Assembly: GCA_036786185.1 (NCBI GenBank)
Contig: DAIQRN010000001.1
Span: 13,699-77,698 of the forward strand
DNA length: 64,000 bases
Direction of reading: 5' to 3'
DNA from: Acidovorax sp.
GTDB lineage: Bacteria > Pseudomonadota > Gammaproteobacteria > Burkholderiales > Burkholderiaceae_C
Shown here: one piece after another, positions 8,982 through 17,941 of the stretch
Layout of the letters: the number at the start of each line of letters is the position of its first letter
Position numbering within the stretch: the first letter of the stretch is position 1
Translations under genes and position numbers: made by a program
The notes under the pieces: generated by a model
What the model was told of the DNA's origin: nothing
Databases searched by the model: none
The model's input: the letters and a program-made list of their open reading frames with translations, nothing else

Positions 8982-10571
8982 ATGCCCACCCCCATCACGC
9001 CCATTTCCGCAGCACCTGCTATCCCCGATCCGAATCAGCCCGTTGATGTCTTCGACGCGGAATACGACGCCTTCTATGGCTGGGAAAAAAGCACCCTCGC
9101 CCCAGGTGCCAACGCGCTTGCGCAGGCCACCTACGACAACGCGGTGGAGGCTGCTGCGGCAGCTGACCTTGCCAGCGGTGCATCTGCCAGCGCCGCCGCC
9201 ATGACCAACTTTGCAGGCGACTGGGAAAGCCTGGTCAGCCCTGCGCCCCTGCTCAAGGGTGCGGGCGTGTTTGACCAGGGCGGTTTCTGGGTGCTGCTCA
9301 GCGACCTTGCCGATGCAACACTGAGCCGCCCCGGTGTGACGGACGACTGGGAACCGCTGGAAGGCTATTTCAGTGCGGGGGACTTGTTGACCACGGCGCG
9401 GCCTCTGGCGCCGCCGCACTGGCTGGAGACTGATGGGGCGGTGTATGCAAAGGCTGCGTACCCGGTGCTGGGGGATGTGATGACTGCGTTTGATCAGGAG
9501 ATCACGAACCCGCCGACCTTCTTGCTGCCTGCTCCTGCGCAGTTGCCCGCAGGGTTAGGTAACGCTGCAGCCTTCAGCCCGGACGGCACGTATCTGGCTG
9601 TAGCGCACAACAACACACCATTCATCAGCATCTACAAGCGCAGCGGCGACACATATACGAAGCTGGCTAACCCTGCGGATTTGCCCCCAGGGTCCGGTAT
9701 TGCCGCAGCCTTCAGCCCGGACGGCACATACCTTGCCGTGTGCCACTTTGCAACGCCCTTTGTCACCATCTACAAGCGCGAAGGGGATGTCTTCACCAAG
9801 CTGGCGAACCCTGCAGATTTGCCGCTTGGTGGCGGCAACGGGGCAGCGTTCAGCCTTGACGGAACGTACCTCGCGGTAGCCAGCGGGGCATCGCCCTATG
9901 TCACCATTTACAAACGTGCAGGGGATGTGTTCACCAAGCTGGCAAACCCGGCAGCTCTTCCCCCGGCTTCCGGCAGAGGCGCAGCCTTCAGCCCTGACGG
10001 CACGTATCTGGCGGTAGCGCACGATGCTTCACCCTATGTCACCATCTACAAACGTGCGGGGGATGTCTTCACCAAGCTGGCAAACCCAGCAGCACTGCCT
10101 ACGGGTGCGGCCCGAGACGCGGCCTTCAGCCCTGACGGAACGTACCTGGCTGTGGCGCACGATACCTCGCTCTACGTCACGATCTACAAGCGCAGCGGCG
10201 ACACCTTTACCAAACTTGCGAACCCGGCAGCGCTACCGCCAGGCTCGGGCCGAGACGCCGCCTTTAGCCCTGATGGCACCTATCTGGCGGTAGCGCACTT
10301 TGTGACGCCGTTTGTCACGATCTACAAGCGCAGCGGCGACACGTTCACGAAAGAGCCTGATCCGACGTCCCTTCCGGTGAATACGGTGAACGGTTTGGCG
10401 TACTTCAAAGGCACCTCCAAGTTGGACTACCTGCTGGCCTTGGCGGTGAACGCAACCCCGTTCATCCAGGTGTACCGCGACGCCTACGCCTACGACCCGC
10501 GCACCGAATTCCCCGTGCCCACTATCGCGGCCCCTGCCGGCGTGCCGTTCAAAACCTACATCCGTGGCTGA
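8982..10571 (+). CDS. Tail fibre/receptor-binding protein with beta-propeller repeats
   Basis: Six 46-aa 'AAFSPDGTYLAV' repeats inside tail-collar-like segments (WLETDGAVY; FPVPT...TYIRG). Confidence 0.8.
   Translation: MPTPITPISAAPAIPDPNQPVDVFDAEYDAFYGWEKSTLAPGANALAQATYDNAVEAAAAADLASGASASAAAMTNFAGDWESLVSPAPLLKGAGVFDQGGFWVLLSDLADATLSRPGVTDDWEPLEGYFSAGDLLTTARPLAPPHWLETDGAVYAKAAYPVLGDVMTAFDQEITNPPTFLLPAPAQLPAGLGNAAAFSPDGTYLAVAHNNTPFISIYKRSGDTYTKLANPADLPPGSGIAAAFSPDGTYLAVCHFATPFVTIYKREGDVFTKLANPADLPLGGGNGAAFSLDGTYLAVASGASPYVTIYKRAGDVFTKLANPAALPPASGRGAAFSPDGTYLAVAHDASPYVTIYKRAGDVFTKLANPAALPTGAARDAAFSPDGTYLAVAHDTSLYVTIYKRSGDTFTKLANPAALPPGSGRDAAFSPDGTYLAVAHFVTPFVTIYKRSGDTFTKEPDPTSLPVNTVNGLAYFKGTSKLDYLLALAVNATPFIQVYRDAYAYDPRTEFPVPTIAAPAGVPFKTYIRG
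9550..10395 (+). repeat. Six tandem 138-bp coding repeats (propeller blades)
   Basis: Repeat anchors at 9570, 9708, 9846, 9984, 10122 and 10260. Confidence 0.9.
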
Positions 10572-10579
10572 GGTGACCC

Positions 10580-11131
10580 ATGCAAACGATTTACCAATAC
10601 GACCTGCAGACCGGCGCCGCCACGGGCGAGACACGCACCATTCATGCCTACGAGGGCACCCGCGCAGGGTGGACGCGCCTTGCGCCGCCTGAGGTGCCCG
10701 CAGGGCACTACGCTGTCTGGGCGGCAGGCAACTGGCGGTTGGCCGACCAGCTGCCCACCGTGGACCTGGCGCCACTCAAAGCGGCCAAGAACGACGAGAT
10801 CAACGCGGCGCGCCTCGCCGCGAACTTCAGCACGTTCGAGCACGGCGGCAAGCTGATCGCCTGCGACCAGCTCAGCCGCAGCGACATCGATGGGACCAAC
10901 GGCTACGTGGCCTTGAATGGCGCCATGCCCCCCGGCTGGCTGGGTGCCTGGAAAGCGGTGGACAACAGCTATGTGCTACTGCCCGATGTGGATGCCTGGA
11001 AGGCCTTCTACATGAGCATGTTCGCGGCGGGCAATGCCAACTTTGCGCATGCCCAGGCGCTCAAGACACTGCTGGCGGCGGCGGCGACGGTGCAGGAGAT
11101 CGAAGCCATTCAATGGGGCATGGAGATTTGA
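10580..11131 (+). CDS. Tail fibre assembly protein (DUF4376-like C-terminus)
   Basis: N-terminal 'IYQYDLQTG' and C-terminal 'WKAVDNSYV...AATVQEIEAIQW' patterns; follows the fibre gene. Confidence 0.7.
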   Translation: MQTIYQYDLQTGAATGETRTIHAYEGTRAGWTRLAPPEVPAGHYAVWAAGNWRLADQLPTVDLAPLKAAKNDEINAARLAANFSTFEHGGKLIACDQLSRSDIDGTNGYVALNGAMPPGWLGAWKAVDNSYVLLPDVDAWKAFYMSMFAAGNANFAHAQALKTLLAAAATVQEIEAIQWGMEI

Positions 11132-11406
11132 CGATGCTGATCGCGTTCTACAAGTCCACCCGCCCCGGCCTGCAGGGTCTCGCCAACCGCGTGGATCAGC
11201 CGACCCACTGCATGGGCGGTGGGAAGCACGCAGGCCGCAGACAGGTCACCAAGTCGTGCCGAGGGGTCTTGCTTTATTTGCCGAAGCTGCTGAAGGATGG
11301 CATCGTCGCAAAACTGTTTTTCACCGACTATTAAAAGCACAAGCGACAGGCAGACGCCGGTGATCAAAACGAAAACGCTAGCCGGTAAAAAAGTAGAAGT
11401 TTTCAT
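11110..11406 (-). CDS. Possible third cargo gene with N-terminal TM helix, probably broken at ~11190
   Basis: ATG 18 nt after the previous stop; hydrophobic N-terminus; 3' end runs antisense into tail-module genes. Confidence 0.35.
   Translation of the reverse strand: MKTSTFLPASVFVLITGVCLSLVLLIVGEKQFCDDAILQQLRQIKQDPSARLGDLSAACVLPTAHAVGRLIHAVGETLQAGAGGLVERDQHRQISMPH
11134..11334 (+). pseudogene. Truncated phage gene (MLIAFYKSTRPGLQGLANR...)
   Basis: First ~19 aa resemble a phage family that normally continues with a 'YSHCE' motif; the similarity is lost at ~11190. Confidence 0.5.
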
Positions 11407-11424
11407 GATTTGCGACTGAGTAGG

Positions 11425-11955
11425 TCATCCGGCAAGCACCGGGCGTGGCAGCATCTCTTCTCTCTTTCTTTCGGGCGTGAGAATCAAATTGGAAACCAGC
11501 TTCTTAAGTTGCCCCAGAGAACTAAAAAACACCCCGATCGGCACAACGTAGATAGCCCAAGCCCCCATATTCACGACAAAGGCTTCCTCTACGACGAGCG
11601 AAGTTTTGTCGAAAATTTTATGAATACGTCGATTCTTGCATTGATCTAGCATCGCTTTGCGCTCTTCCACCAGCTTCTGCAAATCGGCGTCTTGAGCATA
11701 TGCCATCGTTGCCGTGACACGTGCATGCAGGGTCATCCAGGACAACCGATCCAACAGGTTGTTGATGCCATCATGGGTGTACCAGTATGCCTTCTCGTCA
11801 TCAGGGTCCACCCCTTCCACGCGAACCGCGCGAACTTCATCGCGGAGCTCAAATAGCTTGTTGCGCAAATGCATACGCAACGACGGAGCAATGATGCTCT
11901 CGTATACGAAATGCACGATGGCAATCACGGATAGCAAGATGATGAATGTCGTCAT
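11425..11955 (-). CDS. Cargo membrane protein, unknown function
   Basis: 176 aa, N- and C-terminal hydrophobic helices, lower GC, ATGA overlap with the upstream gene. Confidence 0.8.
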   Translation of the reverse strand: MTTFIILLSVIAIVHFVYESIIAPSLRMHLRNKLFELRDEVRAVRVEGVDPDDEKAYWYTHDGINNLLDRLSWMTLHARVTATMAYAQDADLQKLVEERKAMLDQCKNRRIHKIFDKTSLVVEEAFVVNMGAWAIYVVPIGVFFSSLGQLKKLVSNLILTPERKREEMLPRPVLAG

Positions 11956-12341
11956 TTTTTGCTCCTTGTCCTTCTATCGCTGGACTTGAAATTTTCTCCC
12001 GTTAGCTGGCTTTGCAAGCCAGATTTCTCACGTCCAATACGCTTGGCTTCCGCACTAAACATCTTCCTCATCCACTTACTGTGCAGATACCACCCAGCCA
12101 GAGTGAATACAAGCAAGACGTAAGCTAGCAGCTCCCCTCGCCTCAAGGCGGCAAGTATTGAGAACACCAACTCTGCAGCCCTCTCTTCGGGAAGCCTCCA
12201 GATTAGAACCAATGCAACGGAAATCATTCCAAGCACAGGCAACTGACCGCGGTTCATCGACGTCACTACGACGTCGCGAAAAGCCTGAGCCCATGACATG
12301 CTCCCATTCTTCTGTGTTGCTTTTGTTACTTGTTGTGTCAT
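11952..12341 (-). CDS. Cargo two-TM membrane protein, unknown function
   Basis: 129 aa, two hydrophobic segments, basic tail, lower GC. Confidence 0.8.
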   Translation of the reverse strand: MTQQVTKATQKNGSMSWAQAFRDVVVTSMNRGQLPVLGMISVALVLIWRLPEERAAELVFSILAALRRGELLAYVLLVFTLAGWYLHSKWMRKMFSAEAKRIGREKSGLQSQLTGENFKSSDRRTRSKK

Positions 12342-12512
12342 GAAAAGTAACTATAGCTGCATTCTTGAGATCGCATCGCCCCAAAAACCCTGACTCGGAC
12401 CACCTTTAAACCCGCTTTAAATCCCCCACCAAGCCACGCCGGGGTCGCCGACCAGGGGGTTGCCGCACCAACTAGGTTTAAAGCGCTGTAGCCCGCGACA
12501 ACTCGCACCTTC

Positions 12513-13442
12513 TCATTCCTGCCGCCGCCCCGCCCGTTTGGCGTCCTGGTCCAGCCGAGCCTTGCGCCCATCCAGCTTCAGCTCCAGCTCAGAAAACGGC
12601 TTGGCCCCAGGCGTGGCCACAGCCCACCCCTTCATATATGGGATGGCAATGCACCCGCAGTTGATCACCTGCTCGGCCGGGGCCTTGGGGTCATGGGGGC
12701 ATTGCATCAGGTCTATGCCCCCGCCAGGGTTGGGCACCTTGAAGGGCTTTTCGGCGTCCACCACCTGGCCATCCATCAGGTCATGGGTCCACCGGCTGTG
12801 TATCTTGCCGCTGCGCCGCCACTGTTTGCCCAAGCCTGGCACCAGGGGCGCGGCCTGCACCAGGCGCTCGTTGGAGGCCACAGCAAAGGCGCGGCTGACC
12901 TCGGTGCGCACGATGGTGCTGGCCCGCCTGGTGGATTCACTCTCCAGCAAGGCCTGGATCGCTTTGATCGCTTGGAAGGGTGTGATGCCCCCCACGGTGA
13001 CCAGGCCGAGCTGCTGGCCGATCTTGCCCAGGGCCTCGGTGGCCACGTTGTTCAGGCGCTCGTGGGTAAAGGTGCGCATGGCCGCCAGCACCCGCGCATC
13101 GAGCGCGCCCAGGCGCATCTCCACGGCGTATCCCTGGCCTGCAGCGCCCAGGGGCTTGTCCACCAGGTCTTCGCCTTGCTGCCAGGCAGCGCGCAGCGCC
13201 AGGTCGGCCGCGGTCCCCGCCTGCTGGCCCGTGGCAGCCAGCACAATGCCGATCTGATCGCGCAGCCTGGCCAACTGCCATTGCTGCCAGTCGGCGGGCT
13301 GCTGGGCCAGCTGCAGCGAGATCTGGAGCTGGGCATCGCGCAGCAGGGCCACCACGCTCTGGTCGGCCCCAATGAGCAGCCGGGCGCGCTCGGCCAGGCG
13401 CTCTTTCAGCGCAGCTTCAAAACGCTTTTGCTCGGGTGTCAC
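12513..13442 (-). CDS. Head morphogenesis protein (Mu gpF/SPP1 gp7 family)
   Basis: 'RRASTIVRTE', 'KQWRRSG..HSR..H', 'INCGC' motifs; follows the portal gene. Confidence 0.88.
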   Translation of the reverse strand: MTPEQKRFEAALKERLAERARLLIGADQSVVALLRDAQLQISLQLAQQPADWQQWQLARLRDQIGIVLAATGQQAGTAADLALRAAWQQGEDLVDKPLGAAGQGYAVEMRLGALDARVLAAMRTFTHERLNNVATEALGKIGQQLGLVTVGGITPFQAIKAIQALLESESTRRASTIVRTEVSRAFAVASNERLVQAAPLVPGLGKQWRRSGKIHSRWTHDLMDGQVVDAEKPFKVPNPGGGIDLMQCPHDPKAPAEQVINCGCIAIPYMKGWAVATPGAKPFSELELKLDGRKARLDQDAKRAGRRQE

Positions 13443-14944
13443 GCCTGGTCAACCGCTGCAGGGGCCCTGGGCTGGGCCTTGCCCGCCTGCAGCTCGTCGC
13501 GCAAGTCGGCGGGCAGATTGAAGCTGTCCGCTGCGGCCTTGGCCTTCTTGCGCTCGGCATGCTCGGCGCGGGCGGCTTCCAGCTCAGTCTTGGCGTCAAA
13601 GTCCTGCCCAAAGCGCTGCACCACATCGGCCACAATCTTGAGGGCCGTTTCTTCGGTCAGCAGCCCGGCGTCGATCATCTGCGTCACGGCCTGCACCGCC
13701 GAGGTCATGGCAGCGGCAAACTTGGTCACATCCTTGTTCACCAGCTCAGGGAACACGGCGGTGACTTGCCATGTGTCTTCAGCCCAGTCCGGCTTGGCGC
13801 CGGTCACCCTGGCTGCCTGCCACAGCACGAACCGGCCGATCTCTTCCAGCATCAGCTTCAGGAAGTTCTGCCGACCGGTGTAAACCTTGAAGGTGGGCTC
13901 GCCCATTTCTGCGGCCGCAGCGCGGTTCACGTCGCCGCCACCGCCAAACCAGTGCTCGGGGGTGGTGCTGCCGCCCAGCACATGGTTACGCAGCAGCCGG
14001 GCGCTCTGGCTGGTGTCGGCCGCTTGCAGGCTGGGGCTCTTGGCTTCCAGCTTCACGCTGTCGTTGTGTACAAAGGTGCTGTTGGGCGATGGCGGTGTGA
14101 AGGTCTTCTCATACTCCTTCACGGCCTCAGGGTCGGACCCCGTCAAGGTCACATCCCATACAAAGGCGCGCAGGTAGCCAATGCGGTCCAACTCATTGAA
14201 CAGGAAGTCGTCGTAGGCGTCGAGCCAGTCGATCTGCCCCAGCAGGTCGCTGCGGCCCCGGCTGCCGTTCGGGAACTTGTTGAGCTGGTACAGCAGGCAC
14301 TCGCCATCCGTGAAGTCCTCGGCACGGATGCGGGCGGTATTGGCACTGAACAGATCGCCGTCCTCGCCCAGCACAATCACCCGGTACTTGTGCTGCTTGC
14401 CCCGGTTGTCCCGCTTGGTGACCACGCCAATGGGCTGCTCGGGGTTGTCGGGGTCGGTCACCACGGTGGCGATCTTGCGCGGGTCCAGGTAGCCCAGGCG
14501 CACAAAGCCGTCGCCATCACGCACGTTGGCGATGTAGCACTGTTCGCCCAGCAGGCCCAGGGCGCGCACCCGGGGTGTGAGTTTTAAAGGCCAGTTGTTG
14601 ATGGGGTCCGACCAGAAGGCGTTGAGCAGTTTCTGGTGCTCTTCGTCCTTGCACTGCAGCGTGACGCCTTCGGCCAGCAGGTAGGCCAGCGGAAGCTCCA
14701 CCAGGCGGTTGGCCAGCAGGTTGCTCTGCCACAGGTATTCGGCCACCTTCTGCATGCGGTCCTGCGCCATGGGCGACAGGTCGCGTTCGTTCTGGTTGCT
14801 GAGGCCATCGCCGCTCAGGCGGCGCCAGCCAGGTTCATCTGCACCTTGGGCAGATGCTGCCTCGCGTATGGGCACGGGTGCTGGTGCGGGTGCGGGGGCA
14901 GGCGCCATACCCACGGCCTCCATCAGTCGATTCAATAGTCCCAT
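13439..14944 (-). CDS. Portal protein
   Basis: ~501 aa between terminase and gpF; 'RGRSDL' motif; start reset to MGLLNRL. Confidence 0.8.
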   Translation of the reverse strand: MGLLNRLMEAVGMAPAPAPAPAPVPIREAASAQGADEPGWRRLSGDGLSNQNERDLSPMAQDRMQKVAEYLWQSNLLANRLVELPLAYLLAEGVTLQCKDEEHQKLLNAFWSDPINNWPLKLTPRVRALGLLGEQCYIANVRDGDGFVRLGYLDPRKIATVVTDPDNPEQPIGVVTKRDNRGKQHKYRVIVLGEDGDLFSANTARIRAEDFTDGECLLYQLNKFPNGSRGRSDLLGQIDWLDAYDDFLFNELDRIGYLRAFVWDVTLTGSDPEAVKEYEKTFTPPSPNSTFVHNDSVKLEAKSPSLQAADTSQSARLLRNHVLGGSTTPEHWFGGGGDVNRAAAAEMGEPTFKVYTGRQNFLKLMLEEIGRFVLWQAARVTGAKPDWAEDTWQVTAVFPELVNKDVTKFAAAMTSAVQAVTQMIDAGLLTEETALKIVADVVQRFGQDFDAKTELEAARAEHAERKKAKAAADSFNLPADLRDELQAGKAQPRAPAAVDQA

Positions 14945-14948
14945 GGTG

Positions 14949-15128
14949 TCAGTCCTCTGCGGCCAGCTCGGCGCCCACAAGGGCGAGCGCCAGGCGGCCA
15001 TGGTCGTTGTGGTGGGCGATCACCTCGCGCAGCTTCAGCGCGGCCAGCTCGATCCCCTTGCGGTCGGCGGCTGGCAGGCCAGCGATGTGGCCTCGGATGA
15101 TCAAAAGGTTCTGGTGGTCTTCGGACAT
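14949..15128 (-). CDS. 59-aa hypothetical phage protein
   Basis: Read by hand: MSEDHQNLLIIRGHIAGLP...AAED, with a GGA-containing RBS; fills the terminase-portal gap. Confidence 0.65.
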   Translation of the reverse strand: MSEDHQNLLIIRGHIAGLPAADRKGIELAALKLREVIAHHNDHGRLALALVGAELAAED

Positions 15129-15146
15129 GGCATTTCCTGTGCCTGG

Positions 15147-16817
15147 TCAGCCGCGCCTGAACATGCGCTGCGCCGTGTGGCCATACTTCTCGCGGGCGCT
15201 CTGCGCCTGGCTGGTGGCATTGCCACCCTGTGCAGCTGCAGCCACACCACCCGTCACGGCCAGCATCCACAGCATCACCACCATGTCGGGCCCGTCGTCG
15301 TGGTCGGCCTTTGGGAAGTGGCGGAACTGGTCCACCAGCGTGGTCTGGCTGCTGTGCAGCCGAATCAGGCCGTTGTGCATGTGGGGCTGCAGGCTCTCGA
15401 TGCGCAGCAGCTTGTCGCTGATGGGCAGCAGCCCGCGCGCCGGTACCGGCACGCCCAGCTGGGCGCTGCGCTTGACCAGCTCGGTGCGCAGAAACTCCTG
15501 GAACTGCACCGACTCCACACCCCAGACGATGCAGCAGTACTCCCGCTGCAGCTCAATGATGTCGCTGATGATGCGGTCGGGCGTGCGCTTCTTGATCTTG
15601 GCTTCGACCACATCCAGGATGCCGGTGGTGCGTTGGTAGCCGCCTATGCCCAGGGCGCTCGGGTCGCGGCTGTTGCCGTGCTTTCCCAGGCTTGGGTCGG
15701 CCGCTCCGTAGAACACCCACTCGGCCAGGCGGTTGACCCAAAAGCGGATGGAGTGCGCAAAGGGCGCGTCCTCGCCCGCCACCGGGTCGTTTTGCTGCTC
15801 GCTGTCAAAGGCACTGTGGCCCTCACGGGCGCGGCGGATCATCAGCTTGTGGATGGGGCGCAGCGCGGGCCAGCTCACCACCGCGCCTGCATCCATCTCG
15901 GCTTGCTGTGCTTGGTACAGCGCCATGGCCGCAGCCTCGCCCTCCTTGGGCGTCTCGGCGTTGAGCAGCAGCCCTTCGAACTGCTCCCACAGGTCCATGC
16001 GGTCGGGCCATTGGATGATGGCTTTAAAAACCTGCCGGTTCCACAGCGGGTTCTTGAGAAAGCGCGCCAGCACCGAGTCGTAGTGCAGCACCGTGCCCAC
16101 CAGAATGGCGTGCATGGAGTCGTCGGGCGGCCCCAGGTTGAGCACGCTGGCCGTGACGAACTTCTGCAGCTTGTCGCGCTGCGCTGGCGTTGTGACGTTC
16201 TCGTCGTTCTCGATGTCGTCCATGATGGCCAGGTCAGGCCGGTGGGCGCCGTGGCGGCGGCCCCGAATTTTCTTGGCCGATCCGAAGGCCTCGACCTTGC
16301 GGCCATTGGCCGTGACGATGACGCCCGCGCGCCACACCTTGCCCTGGCCGCAGGCCTCGGGGAAGTCGCCGCCGATGCGCGGGTTGGCCTCCAGCTCGGC
16401 CTTGATGGCTTCAAGCATCTCGGCCGCCTGCTCGAAGGCGTCCATCACGATGATGGGATACCAGAGCTTCTCGGTCACCACGCACCAGGTGACAAAGCTC
16501 ATGCTGATCTTGGTGGACTTGGCCTCGCCACGCGGCGCCGCCAAGGCATCGCGCTGACCGGAGCTGCTGTTGATGAGCTCCGGCAGACGCTTGTAGAGGT
16601 ACAGGTGCAGCGCACTGGGCTCGGCACGACCATAGTGCGGGAAGTAGTTGCGGTCCCAAAACTCAAAGCCGGTCACGGGGTCGCAGACCTTGCGGCGGCG
16701 TTCGGCAATGGCTTCGGGCGAGACATCCCAGCCGTCGAGATTGGCGTCGATCTGGCGGCGCAGGCCATCGGCCAGGGCGGCCAGGCCGTCGAGGAATTCC
16801 TTACTACTCTTCGCCAT
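15147..16817 (-). CDS. terL: Terminase large subunit
   Basis: Walker A-like APRGEAKST, Walker B IMDDIE, nuclease motifs AADPS and HDDGPD. Confidence 0.93.
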   Translation of the reverse strand: MAKSSKEFLDGLAALADGLRRQIDANLDGWDVSPEAIAERRRKVCDPVTGFEFWDRNYFPHYGRAEPSALHLYLYKRLPELINSSSGQRDALAAPRGEAKSTKISMSFVTWCVVTEKLWYPIIVMDAFEQAAEMLEAIKAELEANPRIGGDFPEACGQGKVWRAGVIVTANGRKVEAFGSAKKIRGRRHGAHRPDLAIMDDIENDENVTTPAQRDKLQKFVTASVLNLGPPDDSMHAILVGTVLHYDSVLARFLKNPLWNRQVFKAIIQWPDRMDLWEQFEGLLLNAETPKEGEAAAMALYQAQQAEMDAGAVVSWPALRPIHKLMIRRAREGHSAFDSEQQNDPVAGEDAPFAHSIRFWVNRLAEWVFYGAADPSLGKHGNSRDPSALGIGGYQRTTGILDVVEAKIKKRTPDRIISDIIELQREYCCIVWGVESVQFQEFLRTELVKRSAQLGVPVPARGLLPISDKLLRIESLQPHMHNGLIRLHSSQTTLVDQFRHFPKADHDDGPDMVVMLWMLAVTGGVAAAAQGGNATSQAQSAREKYGHTAQRMFRRG

Positions 16818-16897
16818 AGCAAGGTGACCCCAAACCAGCGTCGTACTTTCTAGAATGGAGGTGCACTCTCGCAACCACCCCCAACAAAGGGAAACTC

Positions 16898-17161
16898 ATG
16901 ACACAGAGCATCTCGTTTGAACTCAGGAAGACGGGCGAAGGCCTGCCATACACCGCAGTAGTGCTTTAGCACAGCATTGAGAAGCACACACGCATTCGTG
17001 TGGAGACGAATGTTCCCAATGACTTTGGGACCGACTCTTTGAATGAGATACAGGCAAAGCTATGGGAGAGTACGGGGGAGCAGATTGCTGATCTTGTGAA
17101 AACGTTGCGCCGATCAATTCCTGCTCACCAGCAGAACCCGGCACCCACTTCAGAGGCCTGA
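16898..17161 (+). pseudogene. Antisense moron ORF (87 codons) with in-frame TAG at 16967-16969
   Basis: RBS AAAGGG, ATG at 16898; frame open on both sides of a single TAG up to TGA at 17159-17161. Confidence 0.5.
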
Positions 17162-17194
17162 TTTCGGTCAATTGGTTTTGCATACATAGTCTCC

Positions 17195-17695
17195 TCAAGA
17201 CTTCGACTTAGCCAGCTCTTCGCCAAATGGCTCCAGCAGCTCCACCATCGCGGCAAGGTGCTGGGGAAACTTTGCCTGTGCAAACGACACCAGGCGTTGC
17301 AGCACGTCGAGCTGGATGGCCTGCTTGTTCAACTCGGGCGACAGGCGTTTAAAGCTCGCCATCGTCTTGTTGAAGCTGTCGCTCATGCTGGCCAGCGTCT
17401 CGGCACGCTGCATCGGCCCCATGTCCTTGGCTTCGCGCAGCTGGTCCATGGTGGCCTGGTGCTGCACCAGGTAGTCCTCTAGCAGCCTCTTGCTCAGGGT
17501 GCTGAAGTTGTCGTCGCCCAGCGCCATGGCGGCGCGCGCGCTATCCCAGTCGTCACCCTGGTCAAAGGCCTCTTGCTTCCAGCGGTTGGCCGTGCTGCGC
17601 GGGATGCCCACCTTCTTGCAGGCAGTCTCCATCGCCAGGCGCTGGTAAACATACAGGCCGCGTAGCTGGGTGCGTTTTTCTCCGGGGTGGGCCAT
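17195..17695 (-). CDS. Terminase small subunit-like HTH protein (DUF1804-like)
   Basis: N-terminal HTH, 'RWK....GDDWD' motif; upstream of terL. Confidence 0.75.
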   Translation of the reverse strand: MAHPGEKRTQLRGLYVYQRLAMETACKKVGIPRSTANRWKQEAFDQGDDWDSARAAMALGDDNFSTLSKRLLEDYLVQHQATMDQLREAKDMGPMQRAETLASMSDSFNKTMASFKRLSPELNKQAIQLDVLQRLVSFAQAKFPQHLAAMVELLEPFGEELAKSKS

Positions 17696-17928
17696 TACTG
17701 ACCGGTGCCTCCACGGCCGATCCATTGCTTCACACCTTCGATGGCCAGGGCGATACCAATGGACACTGCAGAGCCGCTGATGGCACCCGCCACGGCGGCC
17801 TTTTGCTCCACCGTCCGCAAGCGGTTGTCGATGGCGTCCATGCGCTTGTCCTGGCGCGTCAGGTGCGCCGTAATGCCGTCGAGCTTGCCGTCCATCTTTC
17901 CCAGCAGCATCAGTTCTTCTTTTTCCAT
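17695..17928 (-). CDS. Small coiled-coil protein with C-terminal TM
   Basis: MEKEELMLLG...; translationally coupled to the downstream gene. Confidence 0.7.
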   Translation of the reverse strand: MEKEELMLLGKMDGKLDGITAHLTRQDKRMDAIDNRLRTVEQKAAVAGAISGSAVSIGIALAIEGVKQWIGRGGTGQ

Positions 17929-17941
17929 TGGCATGGATGCG

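Noticed and set aside
9550..10395. Tandem repeats as a CRISPR array or DGR template/variable repeat
   Set aside because: They are in-frame 138-bp protein repeats with no unique spacers; differences are not adenine-specific; no cas or reverse transcriptase gene in the window
11130..11250. Gin/gix-type invertible tail fibre segment
   Set aside because: No serine invertase gene, no second fibre allele and no recognisable crossover site in the window
14709..16853. 714-aa ORF on the + strand, and similar long ORFs opposite portal, gpF and transposase
   Set aside because: Antisense shadows of well-supported genes
16923..17198. 91-aa - strand ORF between the terminase genes
   Set aside because: Ser/Cys-rich and unconvincing; the opposite strand has the better RBS and leader, although this ORF cannot be fully excluded
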